A stretch of 64,000 nt of DNA from an uncultured Chroococcidiopsis sp. (GTDB lineage: Bacteria > Cyanobacteriota > Cyanobacteriia > Cyanobacteriales > Chroococcidiopsidaceae): contig CAXTYC010000001.1 in the NCBI GenBank assembly GCA_964248365.1, forward strand, positions 192,001 to 256,000. The letters are read 5' to 3'. This document shows, in pieces, positions 41,502-51,934 of this stretch. Below the pieces are notes generated by a model that ran no database searches, had not been told where the DNA came from, and saw only the letters and a list, made by a program, of their open reading frames with translations. Position numbers and translations under genes: made by a program. Each line of letters opens with the position of its first letter. Within the stretch, counting starts at the first letter, position 1.

Positions 41502-42497
41502 TTATTTACCATTATTATCATTATCCAAACTTTTCAAAGTTGCCAGCCTTTGATCTAACCAGTCGTCAGTAAACCACCCATAGGGTATAACATCCCCCAC
41601 CGCCCCTGTACCAATTCCCATCACCCAAATATGGGCAGCTTTGATAAATATAGGAATTGAAGCAAGTTCAGCCGCGTTTAGTTGACGAACAGCTTGATAA
41701 CCTTCTAGAAAAGAGCTTCTGACTTTAACATCTATCTTCCAAGTAATTGCTATGTGCATAAACTTGGCAATATCAAAAGTTCGCCAACCGTAACCACATT
41801 GATCGAAATCAAATAAGGTAGGTTGATTTTCTTCGTTGAAATGGGCATTACCTAAGTGAACATCGCCTACACAAATTCCATATTCTGGTGTTGACTTAGG
41901 AAGTTTTAAAGATTCTAGCTGCTTTTTGATTTGCTCTATTTGTGCGTGTAGATAGTTGATATCATTTGTTCGGTTTTTATATAAATTTAAAATAGCCGTT
42001 AGCGAACGATCTAACAAATACTCATTATTTAAGTGTGGTCTACTAAAATTACTATTGAAATTATCTAAAGTCTGATGAATACTTGCCAGCACTTCTCCCA
42101 AACGTTGGCTTTGTTTACTGTCGAGCTTTTCATTTACTGCTCTACCTGGCGCATAGGAAAATAGAGCAGCATAGCGTTTTCCCTCTGCTGCAGCAATTTC
42201 TGTTGTAAAGCTGCTATCTTTCCGCTCAATTGGATAGGCTATCGGCTGATTTTGTTCGTGTAGAAATGCCAGTAATTCTAGCTCAAAATCAATTTCTTCT
42301 TTTGTTCTCCAACCTCTGCGATAAAGCCGTAAGATGTATTTTCCTTGTTCAGTTTCTACTAGATAAGTATCGTTAAGACCACGTTTTAATAGCTTACAAC
42401 TATAAGGTTTGCCAATGGGATAGTTTGGCAATAGCATTGTTATCAAAGCCTCGCCTGAAGGAATGGAATGAATTACAGGGATAAAGGCTTGAGTCAT
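41502..42497 (-). CDS. APH / homoserine kinase type II-like phosphotransferase
   Basis: GLNDTY, ILRLYR, ELELL, GDVHLGN, FDFDQCG. Confidence 0.85.
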   Translation of the reverse strand: MTQAFIPVIHSIPSGEALITMLLPNYPIGKPYSCKLLKRGLNDTYLVETEQGKYILRLYRRGWRTKEEIDFELELLAFLHEQNQPIAYPIERKDSSFTTEIAAAEGKRYAALFSYAPGRAVNEKLDSKQSQRLGEVLASIHQTLDNFNSNFSRPHLNNEYLLDRSLTAILNLYKNRTNDINYLHAQIEQIKKQLESLKLPKSTPEYGICVGDVHLGNAHFNEENQPTLFDFDQCGYGWRTFDIAKFMHIAITWKIDVKVRSSFLEGYQAVRQLNAAELASIPIFIKAAHIWVMGIGTGAVGDVIPYGWFTDDWLDQRLATLKSLDNDNNGK

Positions 42498-42603
42498 AAA
42501 ATTACTGCTGGTTGTAGTTATAGATCCAGCTATTAGGGAGGATCTGCGATCGCTCCGATCTTCTTTTCTAGTTTTAGACTATAGCGCGATCGCCCCCCAC
42601 TCA

Positions 42604-43893
42604 TTATGGATATAAACCCCGATCAGCCAGCGCCTGAGCAACGCGACCTACGCCCAACGTGTAAGCTGCTAACCTTAAAGGTATCTGCCGAGTTTTTGCC
42701 TGTTGAACAACCTGTTGATACGCCTGCACCATCAAGCGCTCCATTTCCCGATTGACGCGCTCCTCATCCCAAAATACGTAGGAAAGTCCCTGCACCCATT
42801 CCAGATAACTCACTACCACCCCCCCAGCATTTGCCAAGATATCAGGTAGGACGGTCACTCCTCGTGCTTCCAGCGTCTGATCTGCCTTTAGGGTAACTGG
42901 TCCATTAGCTGCTTCTGCCACAATAGAAGCTTGAATCTGATTTACGTTTTCCTCAGTAATTTGGTTCTCCAAAGTGGCTGGGATCAAGACATCACAAGGC
43001 AAAGTCAGCAATTCGGCGTTGGTGATTGGTTCAGCTTGCCCAAAACCTTTAATACTCCTACGATTTTCAGCAGCATAACTCTTCAAAGCTGGAATATCTA
43101 AACCCGCAGGGGCAAACACTCCACCATGACCAGTGGAAACAGCCAGGATTTTCGCCCCAGCTTGATGCAGTAATAAAGCTGCTGCACTGCCCACATTCCC
43201 AAAGCCTTGGATCGCTACTCGCGCTCCCTCCAGCGACTTTCCTCGCTCTGCTAGTGCCTCGCGCACGGTAATCATTACACCCCGTCCGGTCGCCATTTCC
43301 CGTCCCCGCGAGCCACCAATTGAAATAGGTTTACCAGTCACTACCCCAGGTACAGCGTGACCTACATTTACCGAGTAAGTATCCATCATCCACGCCATTT
43401 CACGGGCGGAAGTACCCATATCTGGAGCGGGAATATCTACCGCAGGACCAATATCTTTAATCAACTCACTGGTGTAACGTCGAGTGATCCGTTCTAGTTC
43501 ACCAACGCTATAGCGTGTCGGATCTATAGCAATACCGCCTTTTGCACCGCCGTAGGGTATACCTAAGAGCGCACATTTCCAAGTCATCAGCATTGCCAAA
43601 GCTGACACTTCCCGCAAGGTGACAGCCGGATGGTAACGTATCCCACCTTTATAGGGACCTAAGACATCACAGTGCTGCACTCGATGCCCTGCCAATACTT
43701 GCACTTCCCCATTATCTAATTTTACCGGAATGGATACGGTAACTACCTTGCGTGGGTTACTAAGAACCACAAGCAAGCCCATATCCATTTTTAACTCTTT
43801 AGCTGCCTGTTCTAGGTAACTACAAGCTTGATCGTAGGGACAGATATGCGCTGGGGAGGTTGCTTGTGGAGGTAGCAGCGATTTGGAAATCAT
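42604..43893 (-). CDS. gdhA: Glu/Leu/Phe/Val dehydrogenase (glutamate dehydrogenase)
   Basis: GPYKGGIRY, MTWKC, GGAKGG, DIPAPD, QGFGNVG, EAANGP, NAGGV. Confidence 0.93.
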   Translation of the reverse strand: MISKSLLPPQATSPAHICPYDQACSYLEQAAKELKMDMGLLVVLSNPRKVVTVSIPVKLDNGEVQVLAGHRVQHCDVLGPYKGGIRYHPAVTLREVSALAMLMTWKCALLGIPYGGAKGGIAIDPTRYSVGELERITRRYTSELIKDIGPAVDIPAPDMGTSAREMAWMMDTYSVNVGHAVPGVVTGKPISIGGSRGREMATGRGVMITVREALAERGKSLEGARVAIQGFGNVGSAAALLLHQAGAKILAVSTGHGGVFAPAGLDIPALKSYAAENRRSIKGFGQAEPITNAELLTLPCDVLIPATLENQITEENVNQIQASIVAEAANGPVTLKADQTLEARGVTVLPDILANAGGVVVSYLEWVQGLSYVFWDEERVNREMERLMVQAYQQVVQQAKTRQIPLRLAAYTLGVGRVAQALADRGLYP

Positions 43894-44041
43894 ATTTTTG
43901 TGTTGTGGCGATCGCCCGATAAACAAGTAGGGGTGGTTTTATTAGGTTATCTGTTGTCTTGCCAGTCATATCTATTTCCAGCGCCCCTACTAACTGTCGT
44001 ATTACTAGTATCCTCCCGTTTTATGGCAAATCGTTACTTTC

Positions 44042-44055
44042 GTAACATTCGTTAC
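44042..44055. promoter_or_regulatory. Candidate NtcA binding site GTA-N8-TAC
   Basis: GTAACATTCGTTAC, about 150 bp upstream of the gdhA start. Confidence 0.5.
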
Positions 44056-44142
44056 GTTTTTCATTTGCCCTTTGTGTTACTGGCTAGTGGTTCATGGTTC
44101 AAAGCTATTAAAAATGAACTATCAACAATGAACAATAAGCTA

Positions 44143-44952
44143 TTAGCTGATTGCTACTTCTTGGGCATGAGAGTCTAAAAAATGTTCACGCTGCATAATT
44201 TCGTAGAGGTTGATATCTGCTTCTAATAAACAGGCGTGACCACTATAAGGCAGCACCACTACTTGAGCGGATGGTAAAATTTTAACTAACCGTTGGGCTT
44301 CATTTACAGAAGGTAAGAGCCGATCCATTGCACTAGCAATCAGCAGCACTGGTTGAGTTAGCCGACGTAACTGAGTTTCATCTAGATCAAATTGTCTAAT
44401 TAAAGACAACCGCCAGAGAACAGTTTCTGGCGGTACAGAGCGCATAGTTTTCAGAAATTCTTGGCGATCGCTCAGGTTAATTCGCCCTAAAGATGCTATA
44501 AACGCTAACAACCCCAAAGCACCAAATGGATATAAACACGGTGGCACTAAGTAAGCAAGTTGAGATCCCCATACGAGTAAGGGGCGACGATGCAGCGAAG
44601 AAGCTGGATTAATCAGAATAATCCTGTCAAATATCTGGGGCGACGTTACTGCTATTTTCATTGCCAAACAACCGCCAAAAGACTCGCCGCATAGGTAAAC
44701 TGAGCGCTGGGAATTTTTTTCTAGTTCAGTTTCGATTAACTTGATCACTTGCTGACTGAGCACATCCCAATCCGTCGAATCGTCGGGCGGGATCATCAAG
44801 CAGCGCACATCAAAGGCGGCTTCTAAACCAGCAGTTTGCGATCGCAATAATTGTCCTGTGCCATCCATCCCTGGTAAAAACACAAACAGCGGATACTCTG
44901 GCTGAAGTTTTTTGGGTGTGAGAAAACAAGGACGGTTCTTAACTGCTGTCAT
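44143..44952 (-). CDS. Alpha/beta hydrolase resembling the hydrolase domain of plant phytyl ester synthases (ELT family)
   Basis: FLPGMDGTG, FDVRCLMIP, GESFGG, INPASS, DRLLPS, SGHACLLE; the longer ORF-track N-terminus is STRR DNA. Confidence 0.82.
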   Translation of the reverse strand: MTAVKNRPCFLTPKKLQPEYPLFVFLPGMDGTGQLLRSQTAGLEAAFDVRCLMIPPDDSTDWDVLSQQVIKLIETELEKNSQRSVYLCGESFGGCLAMKIAVTSPQIFDRIILINPASSLHRRPLLVWGSQLAYLVPPCLYPFGALGLLAFIASLGRINLSDRQEFLKTMRSVPPETVLWRLSLIRQFDLDETQLRRLTQPVLLIASAMDRLLPSVNEAQRLVKILPSAQVVVLPYSGHACLLEADINLYEIMQREHFLDSHAQEVAIS

Positions 44953-45042
44953 TGTTAAATTCAAATTCAAACTGTAAATTTTAATTAATTTTTCTACAAA
45001 TTTAACATTTATACAGTCTTTTAAATGTTGCTTTACTCTAAG

Positions 45043-45122
45043 AGTAGTTGGTAACTGGTAACTGGTAGTTGATAGTTGGTAGTTGGTAACTGATAACTGG
45101 TAACTGGTAACTGATAACTGGT
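45043..45122. repeat. STRR (GGTAACT/GGTAGTT)n
   Basis: About 11 heptamers; the complementary tract (ACCAGTT/ACCAACT) occurs at 46061-46130. Confidence 0.85.
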
Positions 45123-45871
45123 TAATAACAACCTTGTTGCAACAGATTAGCAATTTCTGACTCGCAATAATGTGTCAGCTCAGACACTACAGTTTTTGCT
45201 TGTTTGCCCTGATATTGTTCGCGCTGTTGTGGTGTAATCCACAATGGACGACCAATTAAGACAGCAGCACGGTGATAGATAACTAGAGGATGCCAACCTG
45301 GTTGATTAAATAAAGGTTCCGAAGGATCAAACAAGCTCAATAGCTTTAGGGGTACGGATGATGTGTTAACTTCCCAAAGGGATGCGATCGCAACAGGCAA
45401 AACTACCAAATCCTCCACTGGTTTATACATTTCTCCACCACAAGCAGTTCGCAAAGCTAGATGGGCAAATCCCCGCCCAAACTCTTGCATTTGATGAGGC
45501 TGGCTAAATTCCACCATCGATTTTGTTCCCTCTGGAAACACCCCAACTACCTGCCTATTTTGCAATAACCTCATTGCCTGTTGAAAAAAGCTTTGCTGAC
45601 GGTACTGCGGCGTATCTAATGGAAAACAACCAAGTTGCCCTGTGACTATCTCTCGCATCACTGGCACTTGCCCCATATAATGATGACAAGCAAAACGAAT
45701 CGGACGTTCTACGGCACTCATCAAGATTGGGGCATCCATAAAGCTGCGATGATTGCTCACTACTAACATCGCTCCATCCCTAGAAACGCGATCGCCATAG
45801 TAGCGAAACACTTTAGTTCCCAGCGTTGCCAGTAACCCGTTAGAAATTTGCAAAGGGCTGTTTGCACTCAT
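45122..45871 (-). CDS. Lysophospholipid acyltransferase-family protein
   Basis: NHRSFMD (HxxxxD), FPEG, GFAHLA, LPVAI. Confidence 0.88.
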   Translation of the reverse strand: MSANSPLQISNGLLATLGTKVFRYYGDRVSRDGAMLVVSNHRSFMDAPILMSAVERPIRFACHHYMGQVPVMREIVTGQLGCFPLDTPQYRQQSFFQQAMRLLQNRQVVGVFPEGTKSMVEFSQPHQMQEFGRGFAHLALRTACGGEMYKPVEDLVVLPVAIASLWEVNTSSVPLKLLSLFDPSEPLFNQPGWHPLVIYHRAAVLIGRPLWITPQQREQYQGKQAKTVVSELTHYCESEIANLLQQGCY

Positions 45872-46302
45872 GCACTACTAAATATAAATTTCTTATCTAA
45901 AAAATCAGTTTTACCAATATTTGGCAAGCTAATATTATAGCAATATTTAATTATTTTCACATTTGTTTACCAAGCAGCGTGAGTATCTTAGGGTAGAAAT
46001 GTTTGACGATCGCGGGGCTGTTACCAGTTACCAGTTACCTGGAGGCAAGAGGCAAGTTGCCCAAGGCAAGAGACAAGTTACCAGTTACCAACTACCAACT
46101 ACCAACTACCAACTACCAACTACCAGTTACCGCGCTTGGCTAACAGCTAATAGCTAACAGCTAATCGCTTTTAAGTGATATTTTTAACAGCGCTAATCAA
46201 AAATTAGCTGTAAGTGTGTTGTGTGAAAAATTAATAAAAATACATAACTGACATTGCTGATATATGATGGGAGTGAGTTTTTTATAATCTGCTTAAAATT
46301 CG

Positions 46303-47904
46303 ATGAATATAGCTGATAACAGTAAAGAAACATTCGCTGTTACAACGCCACTATATTATGTAAATGATATACCTCATATAGGTAGTGCTTATCCAACGAT
46401 CGCGGCGGATGTACTAGCTCGGTTTGAGAGACTGCAAGGCAAGCCTGTACTGATGATTACAGGAACAGACGAGCATGGTCAAAAAATTGAACGAGCGGCA
46501 CACAGTAATGGGCGATCGCCTCAAGAATACTGCGATCAAATTGTGCCTCAGTTTGTCTCACTTTGGCAACAACTAAATATTCAATCCGATCGCTTTAGTC
46601 GTACCACTGCGCCCAAGCATGAAGCAATTGTCAACGAATTTTTTCGGCGCGTGTGGGACAAAGGCGACATCTATCTAGACAGACAGCAAGGCTGGTATTG
46701 TGTCTCCTGCGAAGAATTTAAAGAAGAACGAGAACTTTTAGAAGGACATCGCTGCACTCTCCACCCCAATAAACAAGCAGAGTGGCGAGACGAACAAAAT
46801 TACTTCTTCCGACTATCGCGCTATCAAAACCAACTAGAAGCACTTTATCAAAATCAACCCTTTTTTATCCAGCCAGAAAGTCGCCGCAACGAAGTTCTCA
46901 ACTTTGTCAATCAAGGACTACGAGACTTTTCGATTTCGCGGGTAAATTTAGATTGGGGAATCCCAGTACCTGGCGATCCCAGCCATAAAATATATGTCTG
47001 GTTTGATGCACTATTAGGTTATATAACAGCCCTACTCGATCCAGATAGCGAACCCACACTAGAAAATGCTTTATCTAAGTGGTGGCCCATTAACTTACAT
47101 TTAATCGGTAAGGATATACTAAGATTCCACGCCGTATACTGGCCTGCGATGCTAATGTCGGCTGAGTTATCATTACCAGGGCGAGTATTTGGGCATGGCT
47201 TTTTGACCAAGGATGGTCAAAAAATGGGCAAAACTCTCGGTAATACGATTGATCCAGTTGCTTTAGTCAAGCAGTACGGTGCTGATGCTGTCCGCTACTA
47301 CTTTCTCAAAGAAATTGAATTTGGTAAAGACGGCGATTTTAATGAAACTCGGTTTATCAATATTCTCAATGCTGATTTAGCAAATGATTTGGGGAACTTG
47401 CTCAATCGGACATTGAACATGGTACGCAAGTATTGTAATGGAAATGTGCCGAATTGCACAAGTGAAGATCTGCCGGAGGATCACCCGCTGCTTGCGATCG
47501 CTTTACCTCTAGGGGAACAAGTTAAACAACATTACCAAGCGCTAGCCTTCAATCAAGCCTGTGAAGCAATTCTTAACTTAGTCAGAGCTAGCAATAAGTT
47601 TATCGATGAGCAAGCACCCTGGACTTTATATAAGCAAGGGCGAGTGCAAGATGTTGAAAGAGTGTTGTATGCTGTCTTAGAATCAGTCAGACTAGCAGCA
47701 TATCTGCTATCACCAGTTATTCCCAATATCTCAACCGAGATTTACAAGCAGTTAGGCTTTGCAATTGATTTTAACAATAAAAACCAAATTTCTATTGCCG
47801 CGCCATTTCATATTCATGCTACTTGGGGAATACTAAGCCAGAAGCAGCAGTTGGGCGATCCCCGACCAGTGTTTCAAAGATTAGAATTGCTGGAAACTGT
47901 TTGA
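46303..47904 (+). CDS. metG: Methionine--tRNA ligase
   Basis: PHIGS (HIGH-like), TGTDEHGQK, YVWFDAL, GKDILRFH, KMGKT. Confidence 0.97.
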   Translation: MNIADNSKETFAVTTPLYYVNDIPHIGSAYPTIAADVLARFERLQGKPVLMITGTDEHGQKIERAAHSNGRSPQEYCDQIVPQFVSLWQQLNIQSDRFSRTTAPKHEAIVNEFFRRVWDKGDIYLDRQQGWYCVSCEEFKEERELLEGHRCTLHPNKQAEWRDEQNYFFRLSRYQNQLEALYQNQPFFIQPESRRNEVLNFVNQGLRDFSISRVNLDWGIPVPGDPSHKIYVWFDALLGYITALLDPDSEPTLENALSKWWPINLHLIGKDILRFHAVYWPAMLMSAELSLPGRVFGHGFLTKDGQKMGKTLGNTIDPVALVKQYGADAVRYYFLKEIEFGKDGDFNETRFINILNADLANDLGNLLNRTLNMVRKYCNGNVPNCTSEDLPEDHPLLAIALPLGEQVKQHYQALAFNQACEAILNLVRASNKFIDEQAPWTLYKQGRVQDVERVLYAVLESVRLAAYLLSPVIPNISTEIYKQLGFAIDFNNKNQISIAAPFHIHATWGILSQKQQLGDPRPVFQRLELLETV

Positions 47905-48063
47905 GTATAAGCAAACGTAGGAATGGAATTTTTACGGGCTTGACAAATCAAGCCTGTAGTTTGTTCTACCTGGCGTTGGCGCTAACTCAAGGTAATAAAA
48001 ATCATCCAAGAATTATCAATTTTTCCAATTTTCATTTTTTAATAAAAACCGAGGCATAACACA

Positions 48064-48711
48064 ATGATGTTCAACAGTAGAGAGTTTGAAAACAACTCAA
48101 TCTTTACTCCAGAACAAGTTCTAGAGAATAGGGGACGGGTAGCCATTTTTATTGATGGCTCAAATTTGTTCTATGCAGCTTTGCAACTGGGGATTGAAAT
48201 AGATTACACCAAACTGCTGTGTCGGTTAACAGCAGGATCAAGGCTGTTGCGATCGTTCTTCTACACAGGAGTAGATCGCACCAATGACAAGCAACAGGGG
48301 TTTTTGTTGTGGATGCGTCGAAATGGATATCGGGTAATAGCCAAGGATTTAGTGCAGCTACCAGATGGCTCTAAGAAAGCTAACTTAGATGTAGAAATTG
48401 CCGTTGATATGATGGCTTTGGTGGATTCTTACGATACGGCTGTGTTAGTCAGTGGTGACGGGGATCTAGCTTATGCAGTCAATGCAGTTAGTTATCGCGG
48501 CGCGAGGGTAGAGGTGGTAAGTCTGCGCTCAATGACAAGCGACAGTTTAATTAATGTTAGCGATCGCTATATTGATTTAGAGGGGATCAAAGAAGATATT
48601 CAAAAAACCCCCCGCTCACCAGGCTACTCTTACCGTCCATTATCAAGTTTAGACTTGATGGAAACGTCTTCAGGTGACGGAGCAAGTATGATTGAAACCT
48701 CGGAACCCTAA
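48064..48711 (+). CDS. NYN-domain (LabA/DUF88) protein
   Basis: IFIDGSN, KANLDVEIAVDM, LVSGDGD, G..VEV. Confidence 0.9.
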   Translation: MMFNSREFENNSIFTPEQVLENRGRVAIFIDGSNLFYAALQLGIEIDYTKLLCRLTAGSRLLRSFFYTGVDRTNDKQQGFLLWMRRNGYRVIAKDLVQLPDGSKKANLDVEIAVDMMALVDSYDTAVLVSGDGDLAYAVNAVSYRGARVEVVSLRSMTSDSLINVSDRYIDLEGIKEDIQKTPRSPGYSYRPLSSLDLMETSSGDGASMIETSEP

Positions 48712-48733
48712 AATAGGAGATCCACGTCACCAG

Positions 48734-48801
48734 TTGTAGGGGCGGGTTTGTTTTTTGTTATCCCCAGACAATCAAAATTATCTATAAACCCGCCCCTACA
48801 A
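48734..48801. repeat. REP-like inverted repeat, GTAGGGGCGGGTTT family
   Basis: Perfect 16-bp arms TTGTAGGGGCGGGTTT and AAACCCGCCCCTACAA. Confidence 0.85.
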
Positions 48802-48884
48802 AAGACCCACGATAGAAGAATGAAGAATGATAAATGCTGAATTTTGAATTCATAATTTATCATTCTTCATTCCAAGTAAATTAA

Positions 48885-50042
48885 ATGCCTAATAGCTTCA
48901 TAGTGATCTACCGCTGCTGGACAATACCAATAGTCGGTGTAATGCTGACATTTTTACTATTTGCCTGTGGGGATCAAACTCAAACAGTAGAAAAACCATC
49001 CCAAAACACTTCATCAGATACTTCATCTGCACAAGCGGTAGAGCGCAACTTGACGTTTAATGATGTGGCTCTAGAACAGTCGGATCAGCAGGGGCGACCA
49101 TTTTGGAAAGTAAAGGCAAAGCAAGCAACCTATAGTAATGATCGCAAAGTTGCTCAAGTTGAGAGTCCAAACGGTCAACTGTATCAGGATGGCAAGCCAC
49201 TATATTACATTACTGCCCAAACAGGAGAAATTGAGCAAGATGGTGAAAGGCTATATCTTAAGGGAAATATCGTAGCCAAAGATCCAGCGCGTAATTTGGT
49301 GTTGCGTGGGAACGAGTTAGAATGGCGACCTAAGCAGGCTCTTTTAATTGTCCGCGATCGCTTGACTGGGAACAATCCCCAAGTGCAGGTAGTGGCAAAG
49401 GAGGCGCAAGTTTTCAGTCGAGCCGAACGGATAGAATTATACGGTGGGGTGCAAGCGACATCTAACGATCCCACCTTGCAAATGCGGACTGAACACGTAA
49501 CTTGGCTGATTGGAGGGCAGAGGTTAATAGGCGATCGCCCGATTCAAATTGACCGCTACGAAAATAAAAAAATCACCGACCGAGGAACTGCAAATGCAGG
49601 CGAAGTCAACTTAAAAACTAAGGTTGCTACATTCGGGCAAAATGCTCAAATTTCCCTACTTCAACCGCCGATATTGGTAACGGGCGACAAACTGAGCTGG
49701 AATATGAACACCCAAATCGTCACAGCAGATCAGCCTGTGCGGATAGTACATCGTCAACAACAAACCACAGTGACTGCAAACAGGGGCAGAATGGATTTGA
49801 AGAAACAGATAGCATATTTGAGCGGAAATGTCAATGGGGTTGGTCAGCAGCGGCAATCGCTACGAGCTAATACCCTAACTTGGAATATTCCCACTCAGGA
49901 TATGGAAGCAAATGGCAATGTGTTTTACAGCCAAGTTAACCCAGCAGCAAGTTTCAAAGGACAAAAAGCCGTCGGCAACCTACAACAGCAAAATATAGTT
50001 GTAACTGGCGATCGAGTATTGACTGAGATTGTGCCGCAGTAG
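48885..50042 (+). CDS. lptC: LPS export periplasmic protein, LptC-like (repeated beta-jellyroll)
   Basis: Lipobox LFAC, LEQ...G...WKVKA, repeated LptC/LptA-like strands; metG-NYN-lptC gene order. Confidence 0.78.
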   Translation: MPNSFIVIYRCWTIPIVGVMLTFLLFACGDQTQTVEKPSQNTSSDTSSAQAVERNLTFNDVALEQSDQQGRPFWKVKAKQATYSNDRKVAQVESPNGQLYQDGKPLYYITAQTGEIEQDGERLYLKGNIVAKDPARNLVLRGNELEWRPKQALLIVRDRLTGNNPQVQVVAKEAQVFSRAERIELYGGVQATSNDPTLQMRTEHVTWLIGGQRLIGDRPIQIDRYENKKITDRGTANAGEVNLKTKVATFGQNAQISLLQPPILVTGDKLSWNMNTQIVTADQPVRIVHRQQQTTVTANRGRMDLKKQIAYLSGNVNGVGQQRQSLRANTLTWNIPTQDMEANGNVFYSQVNPAASFKGQKAVGNLQQQNIVVTGDRVLTEIVPQ

Positions 50043-50043
50043 T

Positions 50044-50210
50044 GAGGGGCGAGGGGCGAGGGGCTAGAGGCTAGGGAGAGGGTGAGAGGGGGAGAGTGGG
50101 AGAGGGGGAAGTCGTGCATTCGGAATTACATTTACCCTTTACCCTTTACCCTTTTCCCTTTACCCTTTACCCCTTTCACCAACTATCAACTACCAACTAC
50201 CACTAACTAT
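50044..50210. repeat. STRR mosaic between convergent genes
   Basis: GAGGGGC, TTTACCC and ACCAACT tandem heptamers. Confidence 0.85.
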
Positions 50211-50217
50211 TAAGCAT

Positions 50218-50952
50218 TCATAATTTAACCAAGACTCCAGGTTCTCGCTGGATGGGGACTACATCTAAAATATCTGTTTCGGCGCAGTATTTTAGGTCGG
50301 TGTGACAGTCAAGGCGCAAAAGTCGTTTACCATGACTGGCTTGGTGGAACAATTCTAATAACTTATCTTGCCATTGAGTGTAAAGCGCGATCGCCCCAAC
50401 AACTTCATCGTTACCCGCCAGATCTTCTAAAGGCGAGTTAGTTTGTGTTAGTAGACTATGTGCGATCGCCCCAGCGCAAGCTGTATCTTCTAGGGAAAAA
50501 CTACCCTCCCAGCCAGAGCCAACAATCCACACAGTTTCAGGCTGCTTTTGCAAGACATACTGTACGATCGCTGCACGGTTGACAAAAGCAGATGCCATTA
50601 CAGTTGGAGCTGCTTGTATTCTTTCTAAGGCACGAGTGCCATTGGTGGTACTGATAAATAATCGTCTTCCCTGCACTCGTTCTGGTGTACAGTCGAGGGG
50701 AGAGTTACCCATATCAAAGCCAGTCACTTTCGCCCCGCCGCGTTCTCCCGCCCGTAGTCGTTTGTCAGCCTGCCAATTTTCGCTCACCTGCATCAGTTGA
50801 TCTAAATCGCTAAATACTTGCACAGCTTCGCCTCCTGCGGCTAAGACTGTCGCCATTGTCGTCGTTGCTCGTAGTACATCTACAGCGATCGCACAGTCTG
50901 GTAGGTGATCTGTGGGAGTCAGTTCAGGGGTGTGGTAAACAAATAGCTTCAC
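50218..50952 (-). CDS. comB: 2-phosphosulfolactate phosphatase family protein
   Basis: [38 protein letters not shown]. Confidence 0.92.
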   Translation of the reverse strand: MKLFVYHTPELTPTDHLPDCAIAVDVLRATTTMATVLAAGGEAVQVFSDLDQLMQVSENWQADKRLRAGERGGAKVTGFDMGNSPLDCTPERVQGRRLFISTTNGTRALERIQAAPTVMASAFVNRAAIVQYVLQKQPETVWIVGSGWEGSFSLEDTACAGAIAHSLLTQTNSPLEDLAGNDEVVGAIALYTQWQDKLLELFHQASHGKRLLRLDCHTDLKYCAETDILDVVPIQREPGVLVKL

Positions 50953-51092
50953 AAGTGGGCAGTATATATAATCCAAACTTTCGCAATCTTACCAAATTAC
51001 TGAGCTATTCTTTGTAATTTGTGCAGAAAGACCCGTGCGATCGCAAGATTACAATCAAATTAAAACCGCATTAACACACACAGTTAATTCAT

Positions 51093-51410
51093 ATGACTCA
51101 ATCAAACCCAAAACCCCCAGTACGTCGAGGCAGAATATTCCCAGAACGCACTTTACTACCAGAAGAACTAGCTAGACGCAAAGCTGAACGAGTTGCATTT
51201 CATCAGCGTTGTCGAGCAATTTTTGACCTCGTGCGTCCCTCTCTGGTTGATCAATACTATGGCTGGTACATTGCCGTTGAACCGGATAGCGGTGATTATT
51301 TCATAGATGCAGATAAAGAAGCCGCAAGCCTTAAAGCACGTCAAAAGCACCCACACGCTATCCACTGTATGTTCTGCCTCAATGAGACTGGAGCCACTGG
51401 CAGAATATGA
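51093..51410 (+). CDS. Hypothetical protein, DUF5678-like
   Basis: LVDQYYGWYIAVEPDSGDYFI...A..KARQKHP; ATGA-coupled to the downstream protease. Confidence 0.65.
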   Translation: MTQSNPKPPVRRGRIFPERTLLPEELARRKAERVAFHQRCRAIFDLVRPSLVDQYYGWYIAVEPDSGDYFIDADKEAASLKARQKHPHAIHCMFCLNETGATGRI

Positions 51411-51769
51411 TTCACGGTACGTTTGGCGAGAGAGGGCAGCTATTTTTTCAAATTGATTTGATCGCATTTGATGGATTACATCTACCTGTTGATGCCCTGT
51501 TGGATACAGGTTTCACTGAGTTTCTTGCTATCAATCAACAAGACTTAGATGCTCTTGAGTGGCATTTTATCCGAGAGGAAGAACTGCAAACGGCACAAGG
51601 AAAAAGCATTTTTGACCTTTATACAGGCAAGGTGCTAATAGATGAACAAGAGTATGAAATTCCTGTTTTTGCTGGAGAGGAAATTAGAGAATTTTTGTGG
51701 AGTTCACAATGGTTAAAGATTTTGCCGCTGGTGGTAAATTATCAGGCTGACTTACTGACATTGGGATGA
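51407..51769 (+). CDS. Clan AA (retropepsin-like) aspartyl protease
   Basis: ALLDTGF motif, TAQG flap; the second Gly motif looks altered (FLWSSQWL). Confidence 0.8.
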   Translation: MIHGTFGERGQLFFQIDLIAFDGLHLPVDALLDTGFTEFLAINQQDLDALEWHFIREEELQTAQGKSIFDLYTGKVLIDEQEYEIPVFAGEEIREFLWSSQWLKILPLVVNYQADLLTLG

Positions 51770-51934
51770 AAGTATCCTGAATTTTTCTCTGCTGTCGAAT
51801 CGAATTTTAGCTAATAGGTATTTCGGCGAAAATTCAAAGCGATCGCTTTTCTAATTCCTGCCCTTAATTCGCCTTAAGTAGCTAGGCAACGGAGATAAAA
51901 ACTAGCATCTTTGGGAGGCACTTATAGCAGACGT

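Noticed and set aside
44953..45153. N-terminal extension of the hydrolase ORF (SYQLSVTNYQL...)
   Set aside because: It is a translation of the GGTAACT heptamer tract; the real start is probably 44952
45963..46157. 64-aa ORF; likewise 57114-57308, 56753-57199, 56764-57249 and 35561-35839
   Set aside because: Stop-free frames produced by STRRs, or alternative frames of real genes
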